Shown: positions 50,603-61,478, numbered from the stretch's first letter. The stretch is 64,000 bases of DNA from a bacterium (GCA_041690355.1 JAWLHK010000010.1:62001-126000); one strand, 5' to 3'. A program made the numbers and translations. The notes: a model not told the origin generated them from the sequence alone.

Positions 50603-51298
50603 ATGCAGGAATTTCTCGCCCCCACCTGGTACCTCGACGCCGACCACCCCGCCGTGCGCGCCTATGCGCAGAAGGTGATCGCCGGAATCGATCCGCAGGA
50701 CAAGCGCAGACAGGCCGTTGCCCTCTTCTACGCCGTGCGCGACGACATCCGCTACAACCCCTACACCTTCACGGCCGTGCGCGAAACCCTGCGCGCCAGC
50801 AGCGCGCTGGAGGCCGGCGAGGCGTTCTGCATCCCGAAAGCCGTGCTGCTCGCGGCGGCCGGGCGGGCCGTGGGGATCCCGACGCGGCTCGGGTTCGCCG
50901 ACGTGACCAACCACCTGGCCTCCCCCCGCCTGCTCGAAGCGCTCCAGACAGACGTGTTCGCCTTTCACGGCTACATGGAATTCCTGCTCGACGGCGAATG
51001 GGTCAAGGCCACGCCGGCCTTCAATCGCCAGCTGTGCGAGAAATTCGGCCTGCCGCCACTCGAGTGGGACGGCGTGCACGACGCGATCTTCCAGCCCGCC
51101 GACGCCGAGGGGCGCCTCTTCATGAGCTACCTGCGCGACCGGGGGACCTTTGCCGACATGCCGTACGATGCTATGGTGACAGCATTCCGCGAGACGTATC
51201 CGCACTGGTTCGAACAGCCCGACGCTGTCGAACGTCTGCGCGGCGGAAACCTCGAAAGCGAAGCGCCGGCCCGCCCCGGCGCGGGAGGAAACAAATGA
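50603..51298 (+). CDS. Transglutaminase-like family protein
   Basis: VRDDIRYNPY, FCIPKA and HGY..DGEWVKATPAFN. Confidence 0.85.
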   Translation: MQEFLAPTWYLDADHPAVRAYAQKVIAGIDPQDKRRQAVALFYAVRDDIRYNPYTFTAVRETLRASSALEAGEAFCIPKAVLLAAAGRAVGIPTRLGFADVTNHLASPRLLEALQTDVFAFHGYMEFLLDGEWVKATPAFNRQLCEKFGLPPLEWDGVHDAIFQPADAEGRLFMSYLRDRGTFADMPYDAMVTAFRETYPHWFEQPDAVERLRGGNLESEAPARPGAGGNK

Positions 51299-51876
51299 TG
51301 CCCGCTCTGCTTCGGTATTCCCTCACGGCATTCGCGTTCGCAACCATGGCCTGCGCATCGTCGCCGCAGCCCGCCCCCGAGGCGTCCGCCGAACCGGTGA
51401 CCGAAGCCGAGATCGCGCGCGCCCGCGAAGCGCTGAACCCCCTGAAGACCGGTCTCCCCAAGGCTTTGCAAGCGGCCATCGCCAGCGACGGTCACGCCGG
51501 CGCCGTGACGGCTTGCAGCACGATCGCCCCGAGCCTCGCCGAAAGCGGCTCCACCGAGACCGTCAAGGTCGGCCGCACGTCGACGAAGCTGCGCAATCCG
51601 AAGAACGCGCCCGCCGACTGGATGCAGCCGATTCTGAACGAGTGGACACAGCGCCCGCCGGCCGAGGGCTCCCACGCGGCCGTGCGCCTGGCCGACGGCA
51701 CAGTCGGCTACGCGGAACCGATCTTCGTCAAGCCGCTCTGCACGAGCTGCCATGGGGAGTCGATTCCCGTTGACGTGCGCGCGGTGCTCAAAGAGCGGTA
51801 CCCGCAGGATCAGGCGACCGGCTACCAGGCGGGCGATTTCCGGGGGATGTTCTGGGTGACTCTGCGGCTCGAGTGA
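51295..51876 (+). CDS. DUF3365/Tll0287-like c-type heme lipoprotein
   Basis: Lipobox TMAC, LRNPKNAP, CTSCH heme motif and YPQDQATGY..GDFRG. Confidence 0.85.
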   Translation: MMPALLRYSLTAFAFATMACASSPQPAPEASAEPVTEAEIARAREALNPLKTGLPKALQAAIASDGHAGAVTACSTIAPSLAESGSTETVKVGRTSTKLRNPKNAPADWMQPILNEWTQRPPAEGSHAAVRLADGTVGYAEPIFVKPLCTSCHGESIPVDVRAVLKERYPQDQATGYQAGDFRGMFWVTLRLE

Positions 51877-51969
51877 CGGGCGCAAGTTCTGCACGCCGCT
51901 CGAACAGAAAGCTCTCTACCACATTGTGATCGAGCGCCGAATTCCGTAGGATGATCGGTGGAGCCCCGC

Positions 51970-52443
51970 ATGCCGAAATCATCTGAGGACATCATCATCA
52001 AGCCTCGCGGCGAACGCGTCACCCTCGACGACTTTCCGCGACTGTCGACCGTGCAACGGCTCTGGCTTACGGTTTTCCGGCAGCGCTGTCCGCACTGCGG
52101 GGGCGGGAAACTCTACGCGCACGGGTTCGAATTGAACCCCAAATGCTCCGTCTGCGGCTCGCGGTTCGAGCGTGAGGCAGGCTCGTGGACGGGGGCCGTC
52201 GTCATCGCCTACACCATCGGCTCGCTGGTCGGCTTCGGCCTCTGGTTGTATCTGTGGTGGATCGGAAGAGACTTCCACGGCGTCGAGTGGCTGGTCACGG
52301 CCGTAGCCGTCGCCGCCATCCTGGCCACGTATCGCCCGGCGAAGGCCTGGTGGGTGTGGATGCTTTACTCTGCCGGATGGGTTTACCCCGACACCGACGA
52401 AGCCTACATCACCTCGCATATCCCCCCGCCGACACGGCGCTGA
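51970..52443 (+). CDS. DUF983-like membrane protein with Zn ribbon
   Basis: RCPHCGGGKL..CSVCG..EREAG.WTGA plus two TM helices. Confidence 0.75.
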   Translation: MPKSSEDIIIKPRGERVTLDDFPRLSTVQRLWLTVFRQRCPHCGGGKLYAHGFELNPKCSVCGSRFEREAGSWTGAVVIAYTIGSLVGFGLWLYLWWIGRDFHGVEWLVTAVAVAAILATYRPAKAWWVWMLYSAGWVYPDTDEAYITSHIPPPTRR

Positions 52444-52586
52444 CGGGCGGCGCAGCCGGCAGTCGTCGGTCAGAAGTCATTTCCGTTCGTGACGAGCCGA
52501 CCGCCGGAGCAGCGCGATCGGCGACGGCGAGACAGGCACCCGTGGGTACGCAGGTGCGGGCCGTATCTCCCACCCACTTCCCCCGT

Positions 52587-52641
52587 CCCCTTCTCCCTCC
52601 ATACGCAGTCCGGCGGGCGAACCGGTTGGAGGGAGAAGGGG
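52587..52641. repeat. REP-like inverted repeat between convergent genes
   Basis: ccccttctccctcca / tggagggagaagggg, perfect 15 bp. Confidence 0.7.
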
Positions 52642-52814
52642 CGATTCCGACAGAAACAATCTGTCCCCCTCCGCCTCTCAACCCGCGCGTGGCCTGCGTC
52701 CGTCCGATTCCGTGGTGCTCATGCGCGCGTGGTATGGAGGAGGAGGGGGAGATCCGTTAGTACGGATTCACGTGCGGAGGGGGCGGTGGCGGTTGTTGAG
52801 CACGTGAGCTCACG

Positions 52815-54875
52815 CTATGGGCACACCGTGCCGAGCGCCGTCGGCTCGGGAACCGTGGCGATCCCCGTCTCAACGAAGCTCTTGAAGAAGCACCCGTACT
52901 GGTACTTCACTTCGTCGAGCTGCCCATAGATTGCGTGCGGATCGTAGATGCCGTCCCCTTCGTACTGCACGACGACGCCCGTGTAGGGACGGCCGTCGCG
53001 AGAGACGCGGTTCTGCGTCACGGGATACGGCAGAATGCCGTCGAGCCCCGCCGCGGCGAGTGCCTCCTGCATCGAACCCCAGACGTTCTCCCCCGCCTGC
53101 TCGTGCCGGTACGCGAGCGCCATGGCATCGTACAGGACTGTGGGGAAGTAAGAGTCGTCCTTGCCCGCCGGCTGGTAGATCGGCCGCACCGGATGCTCCG
53201 GCAGCGGATCAAAAGCGAGCCGCGGCGTGTAGATGAGCGGCTCGGCCGGTTCCCATGCGTTCGTCAACAGATGCATGGCCGGATGCATGAACGTCAGATC
53301 GACGTTGGTCGCGAGCACGACCTTGAGCAGCTGGTCGGCGCCGGGGATCAGCGAGGTCTGGAGGATGAAGTACGCCCAGTAGCCGCCCGCCCCCGTCGGC
53401 GTCACCGCTTCGATGCGCGGCTCGACGGCCCCGATCATGTTCGTGTACATGCCGCCCATCGACTGCCCCATGGCGACAACCCGTTCCGCGCGGAAGCGGT
53501 AGGCCGTCTCGCCCGCGGGGAGCGTCGGCACGTCCGTGCACCCCGCAAGCGCCGACGGCGGAATGCGCAGGTCGAGGAGAGCCGAGAGAAACAGTCGCTG
53601 CTCGATGGCCCCCTGCCGGTAGGTGTCGGGAAAGGCGGCGACGTTCTCGAGGTTGAGGTATTCGTAATCCGACGCGCCGGGGAGCCGCTCCGGATTGATC
53701 GGCATGGCCGAGCCCGCCATGGCGAATCCGTGTTCCGCGAGCACGTAGCCGGGGCCTTCGCCCTTCGTCGGTTCCCCGTCGGGCGTGAGCACCTTGCCGC
53801 GATCGACGAGCTGCGTGCTCACGCCGCCCGAACCATGGAAGTAGAGGGCCAGCGGATAGCCGCCCGCCGGCATGGAGATCTTCGGGATCGTGATGGCGAT
53901 GGGCGCGGTCTCGGTGCGCTGCACGATGGGGTTACCCTCGGCGTCGTAGCGGAACCAGCCGGCGTCTCCTTCCGGATCGGAGTCCTTGTTGAACGGCGGC
54001 AGACCGCGTTGGAACTGGGGAAAATCCACGGTTCCGTGCAGCTCGCAGAAGCGGCCGTGGGCGCCACCGTCGTCGGGGTCGACGTGCAGGTTCTCGATCG
54101 TCACCTTGTGCCGGGAGAGCGCCTTCTCGGTGTCCTCGAACACGCGCGCCACCGTGTCTCCGGTCGTGAAGACGGTCGCCGCGGCCACCGCTTCGATGTC
54201 GACGCCCGCCTTGCGCAGCGCCTTCCACAGCGGCCTGTACTGCGCATACAGCGTCTTCTCCCGCGCATCGGCGGGCGCTTCGTCGGCCTTCAGGCGATCG
54301 AGAGCGGCAGGCACGCCGAGCGGCTTGCCGGCGGCATCGTTCAGCGAGCGCAGCACGACGAATGCGTACGTGGTGCCGCCGTAGAGCACGAAGCCGGGGC
54401 GGGCCGCCACCGTGAGCAGATTCTCGGGAATGTACTTGTCGGTTCCCGGCGTCCAGGCGACCGTGGGGATGAGCGCGCCGAATTCCCCGGAATCCTCGTC
54501 GACGTTCACGAGCAGTACGGGGCTCTTCGCATCCGCCGGAATTACAGCATCGCTCTCCTGTTCCGCCAGCGGTCCCGAGAAGCGGAAATACGCGACCGGG
54601 AGCACGGGAAATCCGGAGCGCTCCATGCCGCGCTTGCGCAGGTCCTCGACGAGCACGACCTTGCCGCCGTTGGGAAAGCCGCGCAGATCGGGCGCGCCGC
54701 CTTCGGTCAGCCGCAGGTCTGAGGGAAACGGGAAATCATAGAAGAGTTCCGGGTCCGTCAGGTCGGCGGCGGCATCAAAGCGCACCGCCGTGCCGGCGAT
54801 GCCGGTGCGTTCGCGGGCGGCTTCAGAGCAGGCGGCAGACAGGAAAAGGACGAAGAGGAGTACCGTGCGTTTCAT
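52815..54875 (-). CDS. Large lipoprotein with alpha/beta-hydrolase-like domain
   Basis: Lipobox SAAC, FPFPSD, YFHGSGG and GQSMGG. Confidence 0.75.
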   Translation of the reverse strand: MKRTVLLFVLFLSAACSEAARERTGIAGTAVRFDAAADLTDPELFYDFPFPSDLRLTEGGAPDLRGFPNGGKVVLVEDLRKRGMERSGFPVLPVAYFRFSGPLAEQESDAVIPADAKSPVLLVNVDEDSGEFGALIPTVAWTPGTDKYIPENLLTVAARPGFVLYGGTTYAFVVLRSLNDAAGKPLGVPAALDRLKADEAPADAREKTLYAQYRPLWKALRKAGVDIEAVAAATVFTTGDTVARVFEDTEKALSRHKVTIENLHVDPDDGGAHGRFCELHGTVDFPQFQRGLPPFNKDSDPEGDAGWFRYDAEGNPIVQRTETAPIAITIPKISMPAGGYPLALYFHGSGGVSTQLVDRGKVLTPDGEPTKGEGPGYVLAEHGFAMAGSAMPINPERLPGASDYEYLNLENVAAFPDTYRQGAIEQRLFLSALLDLRIPPSALAGCTDVPTLPAGETAYRFRAERVVAMGQSMGGMYTNMIGAVEPRIEAVTPTGAGGYWAYFILQTSLIPGADQLLKVVLATNVDLTFMHPAMHLLTNAWEPAEPLIYTPRLAFDPLPEHPVRPIYQPAGKDDSYFPTVLYDAMALAYRHEQAGENVWGSMQEALAAAGLDGILPYPVTQNRVSRDGRPYTGVVVQYEGDGIYDPHAIYGQLDEVKYQYGCFFKSFVETGIATVPEPTALGTVCP

Positions 54876-54915
54876 GGCCGTCACGGTACCATGCCGGCGC
54901 CCCGGCGACCAAGAT

Positions 54916-55425
54916 TCAGACGGCGGCGCTGCTGCGGGTCGCGCCGTCGAGCTTCAGGTACTTCTTGCCCTGCAGGTAGAGCACCACGCCGATGACGCCG
55001 AGGGGAAAATCGGTCGTGAAGACGATCAGGCTTGAAAAGTAGGGAATGCCGTCGAGGCCGCCGTCGAGCAGGCAGACGGCGCTCTTGCAGCGCACCGTGA
55101 AGTAGAAGACGAGCCCCGTCAGCGAGCTCGTGAACTTCGAGAGGATGATCACCGGCAGGTAGTTGAAGTACCGCTCGGGCTTCCACGCGATGGCCGCGCT
55201 CATGTAGGTGATCATGATCATCATGCTGTTCGTGAGCGCCAGCCAGAGCCAGAAATTGCCATCCGATTCGGGCGTCGGGGGATGGCCGACGAGCTTCGCG
55301 ATGGCGTTCATGAGCCGGAACAGTTCCTCGCGAAGGAAGAGAAACTGGAGGGTGGTCACAAAGAATCCGATGGCAAATGCGATCATCCACCCGCGAAGCG
55401 ACTTCCGGTAAAACTGGGGGCTCAT
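54916..55425 (-). CDS. Hypothetical membrane protein (~4 TM)
   Basis: Hydrophobic segments; GGAG upstream of MSPQF. Confidence 0.65.
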   Translation of the reverse strand: MSPQFYRKSLRGWMIAFAIGFFVTTLQFLFLREELFRLMNAIAKLVGHPPTPESDGNFWLWLALTNSMMIMITYMSAAIAWKPERYFNYLPVIILSKFTSSLTGLVFYFTVRCKSAVCLLDGGLDGIPYFSSLIVFTTDFPLGVIGVVLYLQGKKYLKLDGATRSSAAV

Positions 55426-55553
55426 GATAAAACTCCGTAACTCCGACGGTGGAACCGCGAATCCGCCTGGCCAGTATGCGCTGCGCCTTGGCCCGCGGGA
55501 GCTCATTGTGATTGAATGACTAGTTAACCACTCGTTTTCACGACCTGTCAAAC

Positions 55554-58064
55554 GTGCTACCGGCCGAAGATCTGCTGGCGCCCGACGCAGCCCGCGCCAT
55601 GGCCGAAGAAATCCGGCTGGGCGGGGGAAATGAAGTCTTCTTCGTCGGCCGCGTCGAAAGCGGCCGGGTCGTCGAAGCCAAGGTCGTCGCGCGCGGCAAC
55701 GCGCACATGGTGCCGGCCATTCTCCAGGTGCCCGCGCCCGGCGACGTCGTCCTGCACAACCACCCGTCGGGCGAGCTGCTCCCCTCCGATGCCGACGGGA
55801 GCATCGCGTCGCGTCTCGGCGAAAACTCCGTCGGCTTCTACATCGTCGACAACGAGGTTCGCCGCGTCTATCCGGTCGTGTACGCCTTTCAGGTGCGCGA
55901 CGTGCGCCCCGTGGCCGAAGACGCGCTCGTGGCCGCCCTGCAGCCCGGCGGAAAGCTCGCCGCCGCCCTTGGAACGGTGGAGGATCGCCCCTCGCAGCGG
56001 GCCATGCTGCACGCCGTCGCCGAATCCTTCGAACAGAACCGCGTGGCTGTCCTCGAAGCCGGCACCGGCACCGGAAAAACGTTCGCCTACCTGCTCCCCG
56101 CGCTCGACTGGGCGCTGGCCAACCGTGAGAAAGTGGTCGTGGCGACCCATACGATCAATCTCCAGGAGCAGATCATCAAGAAGGACGTGCAGGCGCTGCG
56201 GGCCGTCTTCGGCGACCAGTTCCACGTCGCGCTCATGAAGGGGCGCTCGAACTACGTGTCGCTGCGCCGCGCCCGCGAACTCGAAGAGAGTCTGACGGCG
56301 CTCACCGATGCCGAAGAGAAGGACGAGGCGAAGGCGCTCGTCGCCTGGGCGCACCGGACGGAAGACGGCAGCCGCAGCGACCTCACGTTTCAGCCGCGCC
56401 ATGAACTCTGGGAGCGCGTCCAGAGCGAATCGGACAACTGCCTGCGCCACCGCTGCCCCACCTTCCACCAGTGCTTCTTCTACCGCGCCCGGCGGAATGC
56501 GGTCGAAGCCGACCTGCTCGTCGCCAACCATCATCTGCTCTTCGTGGATCTGGCCATGCGCGCCCGCATGCAGGATGACGACGCGGGTATCCTCCCCTCC
56601 TATCAGCGCGTCATTCTGGACGAGGCGCATCATGTGGAAGAGGTGGCTACGGACTATTTCGGTCAGCAGGTCACCCGCCTCGGCGTGCAGCGCGCGTTGC
56701 ACCGCATCTGGCGCGATGCCGGGCGGGGAGCGAAGGGGGCCGTCGTGGCCCTGCTCGAGCGCATCCGCATGACCGAGGATCTGCCCAAGTTCGCGGTGGA
56801 GACGTGGCTGTACCTGATCAACGCCGAGATCCTCCCGGCGCGGCATCAGGTCGACAGCTCGTTCCGCGAGCTCTTCGACGATCTCCACCGGCTTGCCCGT
56901 GCGGGAGAAGTCGAGGCGGGCGGGAGCGGCGAGGTACGTACGCTGCGCATCACCGCCGACCTCCGCGGGAATCCCGCCTTCGTCCGCGTGCAGGAGACCG
57001 CGCGCGCCACGCTGGCCGACCTGCAGGGGCTGCTCAAGCCCGGGCGCCAGTTTCTCAGCAAGACCGAAACCTTCGCCGAAGAAGCGCGCATGCTTGGCTA
57101 CCTGTCGGAGTTCGAGTCGGCTTTGAACCGCCTCGAGGCCGCCGGCGATGCGGTCGAGAGTGTCCTCCTTGCCGACTCGGTCGACCAGGTGCGGTGGATC
57201 GAAGTGAAGGCCGACAATCCGCGTGTCGTGCGCCTGCAATCGGCCCCGATCGACGTTGGCGCGCTCCTGGCGGAACATCTGTTTGCGAATCACAAGACGG
57301 TGACGCTCACGTCGGCGACCCTGGCCGTCGCCGGAAAAACCGATTTCCTGCGGAAGCGGACCGGTCTCGACCGCGTGCGCGACGAGCGGATCCGGGAGGA
57401 GACCTTCCCCTCCCCGTTCGACTTCATGGAACAGGCGCGGCTCTTCATCACCGACGACCTGCCGTCTCCGGACCAGTCTACCTACGAAGCCGCGCTCGAA
57501 CAGGCGCTGCCGGCCCTGCTCGCCGCCGCGGGGGGACGGGCGTTCGTGCTCTTCACCAGTTTCCGCAGCCTGCAGCGCCAGTATCGTGTCGCGAAGCCGT
57601 GGCTCGAATCGATGGGCATCCGCGCCCTGCGCCAGGGAGAAGCGCCGCGCGACAAGCTCCTCCAGACCTTCCGCGAAGACACCCGCTCGGTGCTCTTCGG
57701 CACCGACAGTTTCTGGGAAGGGGTCGACGTTGAAGGAGAAGCGCTCTCCACCGTCATTCTCACACGCCTGCCGTTCCGCGTCCCCACGCACCCCGTGCTT
57801 GTCGCGCGCGCCGAGGCCATTGACGCGGCCGGGGGAAGATCGTTCACGGAGTATACCGTGCCGATGGCCGTCATCAAGTTCCGCCAGGGGTTCGGGCGCC
57901 TGATCCGCAGCCGCAGCGACCGCGGCGTGGTCATCGTCACCGACGGGCGCATCGTCTCCAAGCCGTACGGGCGGTCGTTTCTCAAGTCGCTGCCGCCCAT
58001 TCAGACCGTCACCGCATCCACCCGCGAGGTCGAAGAACATGTCCGCAACTTCTTTGCCGCTTGA
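55554..58064 (+). CDS. DinG/YoaA-family helicase with N-terminal JAB/RadC-like domain
   Basis: HNHPSG..PSDAD; EAGTGTGKT, DEAHH, FWEGVD and QGFGRLIR. Confidence 0.92.
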   Translation: MLPAEDLLAPDAARAMAEEIRLGGGNEVFFVGRVESGRVVEAKVVARGNAHMVPAILQVPAPGDVVLHNHPSGELLPSDADGSIASRLGENSVGFYIVDNEVRRVYPVVYAFQVRDVRPVAEDALVAALQPGGKLAAALGTVEDRPSQRAMLHAVAESFEQNRVAVLEAGTGTGKTFAYLLPALDWALANREKVVVATHTINLQEQIIKKDVQALRAVFGDQFHVALMKGRSNYVSLRRARELEESLTALTDAEEKDEAKALVAWAHRTEDGSRSDLTFQPRHELWERVQSESDNCLRHRCPTFHQCFFYRARRNAVEADLLVANHHLLFVDLAMRARMQDDDAGILPSYQRVILDEAHHVEEVATDYFGQQVTRLGVQRALHRIWRDAGRGAKGAVVALLERIRMTEDLPKFAVETWLYLINAEILPARHQVDSSFRELFDDLHRLARAGEVEAGGSGEVRTLRITADLRGNPAFVRVQETARATLADLQGLLKPGRQFLSKTETFAEEARMLGYLSEFESALNRLEAAGDAVESVLLADSVDQVRWIEVKADNPRVVRLQSAPIDVGALLAEHLFANHKTVTLTSATLAVAGKTDFLRKRTGLDRVRDERIREETFPSPFDFMEQARLFITDDLPSPDQSTYEAALEQALPALLAAAGGRAFVLFTSFRSLQRQYRVAKPWLESMGIRALRQGEAPRDKLLQTFREDTRSVLFGTDSFWEGVDVEGEALSTVILTRLPFRVPTHPVLVARAEAIDAAGGRSFTEYTVPMAVIKFRQGFGRLIRSRSDRGVVIVTDGRIVSKPYGRSFLKSLPPIQTVTASTREVEEHVRNFFAA

Positions 58065-58845
58065 AGACTGGCTGGCGGCCGCCGTCCGCTGGGCGCACGC
58101 CGCCGGCGAGATCCAGCGGCGCTATTTTCACCACCCGGAGCGCAAGGACATCCAACACAAGGGGGCCATCGACCTGGTCACCGCCGCCGACAAGGAATGC
58201 GAGGCGTTTCTCATCGAGCGCATCGAAGCCGAATGCCCCGATCACGGCTACGTGGCCGAAGAAGGGCACCGCAAATCGACCCCCGGCGGTCTGGCATGGT
58301 ACATTGATCCCCTCGACGGGACGACCAACTTCGCGCACGGCTATCCGGTCTTCTGCGTTTCGATCGCGCTGCTCGACGGCCGGCGTCCGGTGCTCGGCGT
58401 CGTCTACGATCCGATGCGCGGCGAGACCTTCACGGCGGTCTTGGGCCGGGGCGCGCGGTTGAACGGCGAGGCGATTGCAGTTACTCGGGAGGCAGAGCTG
58501 GGAAAATCGCTGCTCGTGACCGGATTCCCCTACGCCTTTGCGGAGAATCCCCTGAACCTCAGACTGTTCGATGCCTTTCTGCACCGCAGCCTCTCGGTGC
58601 GCCGCGACGGCTCGGCCGCCCTGGACCTCTGCTATGTCGCGTGCGGCCGCTTCGACGGGTTCTGGGAGCTGGGCCTGAACAGCTGGGACATCGCGGCCGG
58701 CGCGCTGATCCTCGAAGAGGCGGGCGGCCGTGCAACGCAGTTCGACGGCGGCGAACTTGACGTCGACGCGCGCAACATTCTGGCGACCAACGACCTGCTC
58801 CACGCACCGATGCAGCAGGTTCTCAAAGAATACGGAGCATACTGA
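58039..58845 (+). CDS. suhB: Inositol monophosphatase family protein SuhB
   Basis: DLVTAAD, IDPLDGTTNF, GSAALD and WDIAAG. Confidence 0.93.
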   Translation: MSATSLPLEDWLAAAVRWAHAAGEIQRRYFHHPERKDIQHKGAIDLVTAADKECEAFLIERIEAECPDHGYVAEEGHRKSTPGGLAWYIDPLDGTTNFAHGYPVFCVSIALLDGRRPVLGVVYDPMRGETFTAVLGRGARLNGEAIAVTREAELGKSLLVTGFPYAFAENPLNLRLFDAFLHRSLSVRRDGSAALDLCYVACGRFDGFWELGLNSWDIAAGALILEEAGGRATQFDGGELDVDARNILATNDLLHAPMQQVLKEYGAY

Positions 58846-59147
58846 TGGCTGACGAAAAGCAGACGCGCGAAGTCCAACTCAAGATCACGCTCGACGACAA
58901 GACCGCCGAGGGGGTCTATTCGAACCTGGCGATGATCAACCACAACGACATGGAGTTCACGCTCGACTTCCTCTACGTGCAGCCGCAGGGGCCGAAGGCC
59001 ACCGTGCGCTCGCGCATCATTACGAGCCCCGTGCACCTGAAGCGCTTCATGGCGGCCCTGCAGGAGAATATCCGCCGCTACGAGCAGCGCTTCGGCGAGA
59101 TCAACACCGGTCCCACCGTCCAGGCCCCCAAGGGGGATTACAACTGA
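58845..59147 (+). CDS. DUF3467-like protein
   Basis: GVYSNLAMINH..EFTLDF..YEQRFGEI. Confidence 0.85.
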   Translation: MADEKQTREVQLKITLDDKTAEGVYSNLAMINHNDMEFTLDFLYVQPQGPKATVRSRIITSPVHLKRFMAALQENIRRYEQRFGEINTGPTVQAPKGDYN

Positions 59148-60053
59148 ATGCCCATGCGCGTCGCGCCTCCCGTCGTTCCCGGTGACCGGGTCGCCGTCAT
59201 TGCCCCGGCGACGCCGTTCGACCGCGCGATCTTCGATGCCGGCGTGCGCTGGCTCGAGGCGCAGGGGTTCGTCGTCGACGTCGACCCCGCGGTCTTCGAG
59301 CGGACGCGCTACACGAGCGGAACGGTGAAGCAGCGCGCTGGAACGATCTCGCGTGCGCTGGCGAATCCGGAGATCAAAGCGCTCATCGCGGTCCGCGGCG
59401 GCTACGGCTCGGTGCACCTGCTCCCGTCGCTCGATGTCGGCGCGCTCGGGGATCAGCCGAAACGCATCGTCGGTTGCAGCGATCTGACGACGCTGCTCAA
59501 TTTCGTGTGGGAGCGCACGGGCGTGGTTACCTATCACGGCCCGATGGTCGCGGGCGATCTCGGACGCGGTCCGGACGCCGAGACGGCCTCCGATTTTCTC
59601 GCGACGTTTGCGGGGAAGCCGGCGCCCGAAAAAGAGCGGGACCTCGACGTCCTCGTTTCAGGGGATGCAGACGGAACCCTGGTGGGCGGCTGCCTGTCAC
59701 TGCTCGCAGCATCGATGGGAACGCCCTACGAATTTTCCGCCGACGACTGCATTCTCTTTCTCGAGGACGTGAAGGAGCATCCGTACCGCATCGACCGCAT
59801 GCTTATGCAGCTTCTCCTTGGCGGAAAATTCGATAGGGTGCGCGGTATCGTCTTCGGCACGATGGATCAGTGCGCGGCGCCGCAAGGTTCCGACTACCGG
59901 CTCGAGGATGTGCTTACGGACCTGCTCGCGCCGTTGGGGATTCCCATCTACTTTGGATTCCCCTCCGGTCACTCCACGCCGAACTTGACGCTCCCGCTCG
60001 GCGCACGGGCGCGCATGCAGGGTGGACGGTTGATGATCGAGGGGCCATTCTAG
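59148..60053 (+). CDS. LD-carboxypeptidase (peptidase S66)
   Basis: RGGYGS, GCSDLT, HGPM, GGCLS, EDVKE.PYRIDRML and GH. Confidence 0.92.
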   Translation: MPMRVAPPVVPGDRVAVIAPATPFDRAIFDAGVRWLEAQGFVVDVDPAVFERTRYTSGTVKQRAGTISRALANPEIKALIAVRGGYGSVHLLPSLDVGALGDQPKRIVGCSDLTTLLNFVWERTGVVTYHGPMVAGDLGRGPDAETASDFLATFAGKPAPEKERDLDVLVSGDADGTLVGGCLSLLAASMGTPYEFSADDCILFLEDVKEHPYRIDRMLMQLLLGGKFDRVRGIVFGTMDQCAAPQGSDYRLEDVLTDLLAPLGIPIYFGFPSGHSTPNLTLPLGARARMQGGRLMIEGPF

Positions 60054-60063
60054 GCCCAACCTC

Positions 60064-60100
60064 CGTTTCGGGTCCCCCTTCGGAAGACGACAGGGGGGTC
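60064..60100. repeat. Dispersed REP-like element, copy 2
   Basis: cgtttcgggtcccccttcggaagacgacaggggggtc matches the reverse complement of 15170-15205. Confidence 0.75.
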
Positions 60101-60122
60101 TTCAACCCCGTATAATATGTTG

Positions 60123-60803
60123 ATGAACCGCGCCGTTGTTCTGCTCTCCGGGGGACTCGATTCCGCCACCGTGGTCGCCATCGCGCAGGCCGAGGGATTT
60201 CTCGTGAACGCGCTGAGCTTCGACTATGGCCAGCGCCATCGGATCGAGCTTGAAGCCGCGACCCGCGTGGCCCGGAAGGCTGGGGTGGAGAATCATCTGA
60301 TTCTTCCGCTCGACCTGCGCCCCATCGGCGGCTCGGCGCTCACGAGCGACATCGCCGTCCCCAAGGACGCCCTCGGCGCGGAGGGGATTCCGGTCACCTA
60401 CGTCCCCGCGCGGAACACGGTGTTTCTCTCGCTCGCGCTCGGCTGGGCCGAGACCCTCGGCGCCCACGATATCTTTCTCGGCGTGAACGCGCTCGACTAC
60501 AGCGGCTATCCCGATTGCCGCCCGGCGTTTGTGGACGCGTTCGAGCGCCTCGCGCAGGTGGCGACCCGCGATGGCGTCGAGGGACGCCCGTTCCGCATCC
60601 ACGCGCCGCTGATGGAGCTGGGGAAGAAGGAGATCATTCAGCGCGGCCTCGCGCTCGGCGTCGATTATGCGCTGACCCGCAGCTGCTACGACCCGCAGGG
60701 GGATCTCGCCTGCGGCCACTGCGACAGCTGCCTGCTGCGCCTGCGCGCCTTTGCCGAAGCAGGCGTGCCCGATCCGATCGCCTATGTGCCGGGAGCGACA
60801 TGA
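60123..60803 (+). CDS. queC: 7-cyano-7-deazaguanine synthase
   Basis: SGGLDS, YGQRH, TYVPARN, YPDCR and SCY..CGHCDSC. Confidence 0.97.
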   Translation: MNRAVVLLSGGLDSATVVAIAQAEGFLVNALSFDYGQRHRIELEAATRVARKAGVENHLILPLDLRPIGGSALTSDIAVPKDALGAEGIPVTYVPARNTVFLSLALGWAETLGAHDIFLGVNALDYSGYPDCRPAFVDAFERLAQVATRDGVEGRPFRIHAPLMELGKKEIIQRGLALGVDYALTRSCYDPQGDLACGHCDSCLLRLRAFAEAGVPDPIAYVPGAT

Positions 60804-61477
60804 GCCGCCTCCCCCCGATGCCGCGCGACCCCGAGGTGCTGCTCGTCAACGAATTCTTCCACTCCATTCAGGGGGAATCGACGCAGGCGGGGCGGCCGTG
60901 TCTGTTCATCCGGCTCACCGGATGCCATCTGCGCTGCGGCTACTGCGACACCGAGTACGCCTTCCACGAGGGGACCGAGCTTCCCCTCGACCAGGTGCTG
61001 GCGCGCGTGCGCGATACCGGGGAGAAGCTCGTGGAGATCACCGGCGGCGAGCCGCTGCTGCAACGCGGGGTCTATCCGCTCATGCAGCGCCTGCTCGACG
61101 AGGGGTTCGAGGTCATGCTCGAGACCTCGGGAAGCCTCGACGCTTCGCGCGTGCCACCGGGCGTGCGGCGGATCTTCGACATCAAGACGCCCGGGAGCGG
61201 TGAAGCGGACGCGAACCGGTGGGAGAACTTCGCCCCCGCGGCGCTGCGCGAGGGGGACGAAGTCAAGTTCGTGATCTGCTCGCGCGCGGATTACGAGTGG
61301 GCCGCCGGCGTCATACGCACGCGGCTCGCTGACGCGAAGGTTCCGCTGTTGTTCTCGCCCATGTGGGGCGCCGTGAAGCCCGCCGATCTGGCGGAATGGA
61401 TCGTGGAAGACCGTCTTCCCGTCCGCTTCCAGCTCCAACTCCATAAAGTGCTCTGGGGGGAGAAGAGAGGCGTCTGA
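60800..61477 (+). CDS. queE: 7-carboxy-7-deazaguanine synthase (radical SAM)
   Basis: [20 protein letters not shown] and QLHK. Confidence 0.95.
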   Translation: MSRLPPMPRDPEVLLVNEFFHSIQGESTQAGRPCLFIRLTGCHLRCGYCDTEYAFHEGTELPLDQVLARVRDTGEKLVEITGGEPLLQRGVYPLMQRLLDEGFEVMLETSGSLDASRVPPGVRRIFDIKTPGSGEADANRWENFAPAALREGDEVKFVICSRADYEWAAGVIRTRLADAKVPLLFSPMWGAVKPADLAEWIVEDRLPVRFQLQLHKVLWGEKRGV

Positions 61478-61478
61478 G

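Noticed and set aside
60054-60122. preQ1 riboswitch before queC
   Set aside because: No preQ1-I stem or A-rich tail; the space holds a dispersed repeat and a -10 box implying a leaderless mRNA
60123-61477. queC/queE as part of a Dpd or QatABCD defence system
   Set aside because: Canonical lengths and housekeeping context; no dpdA or qat partners
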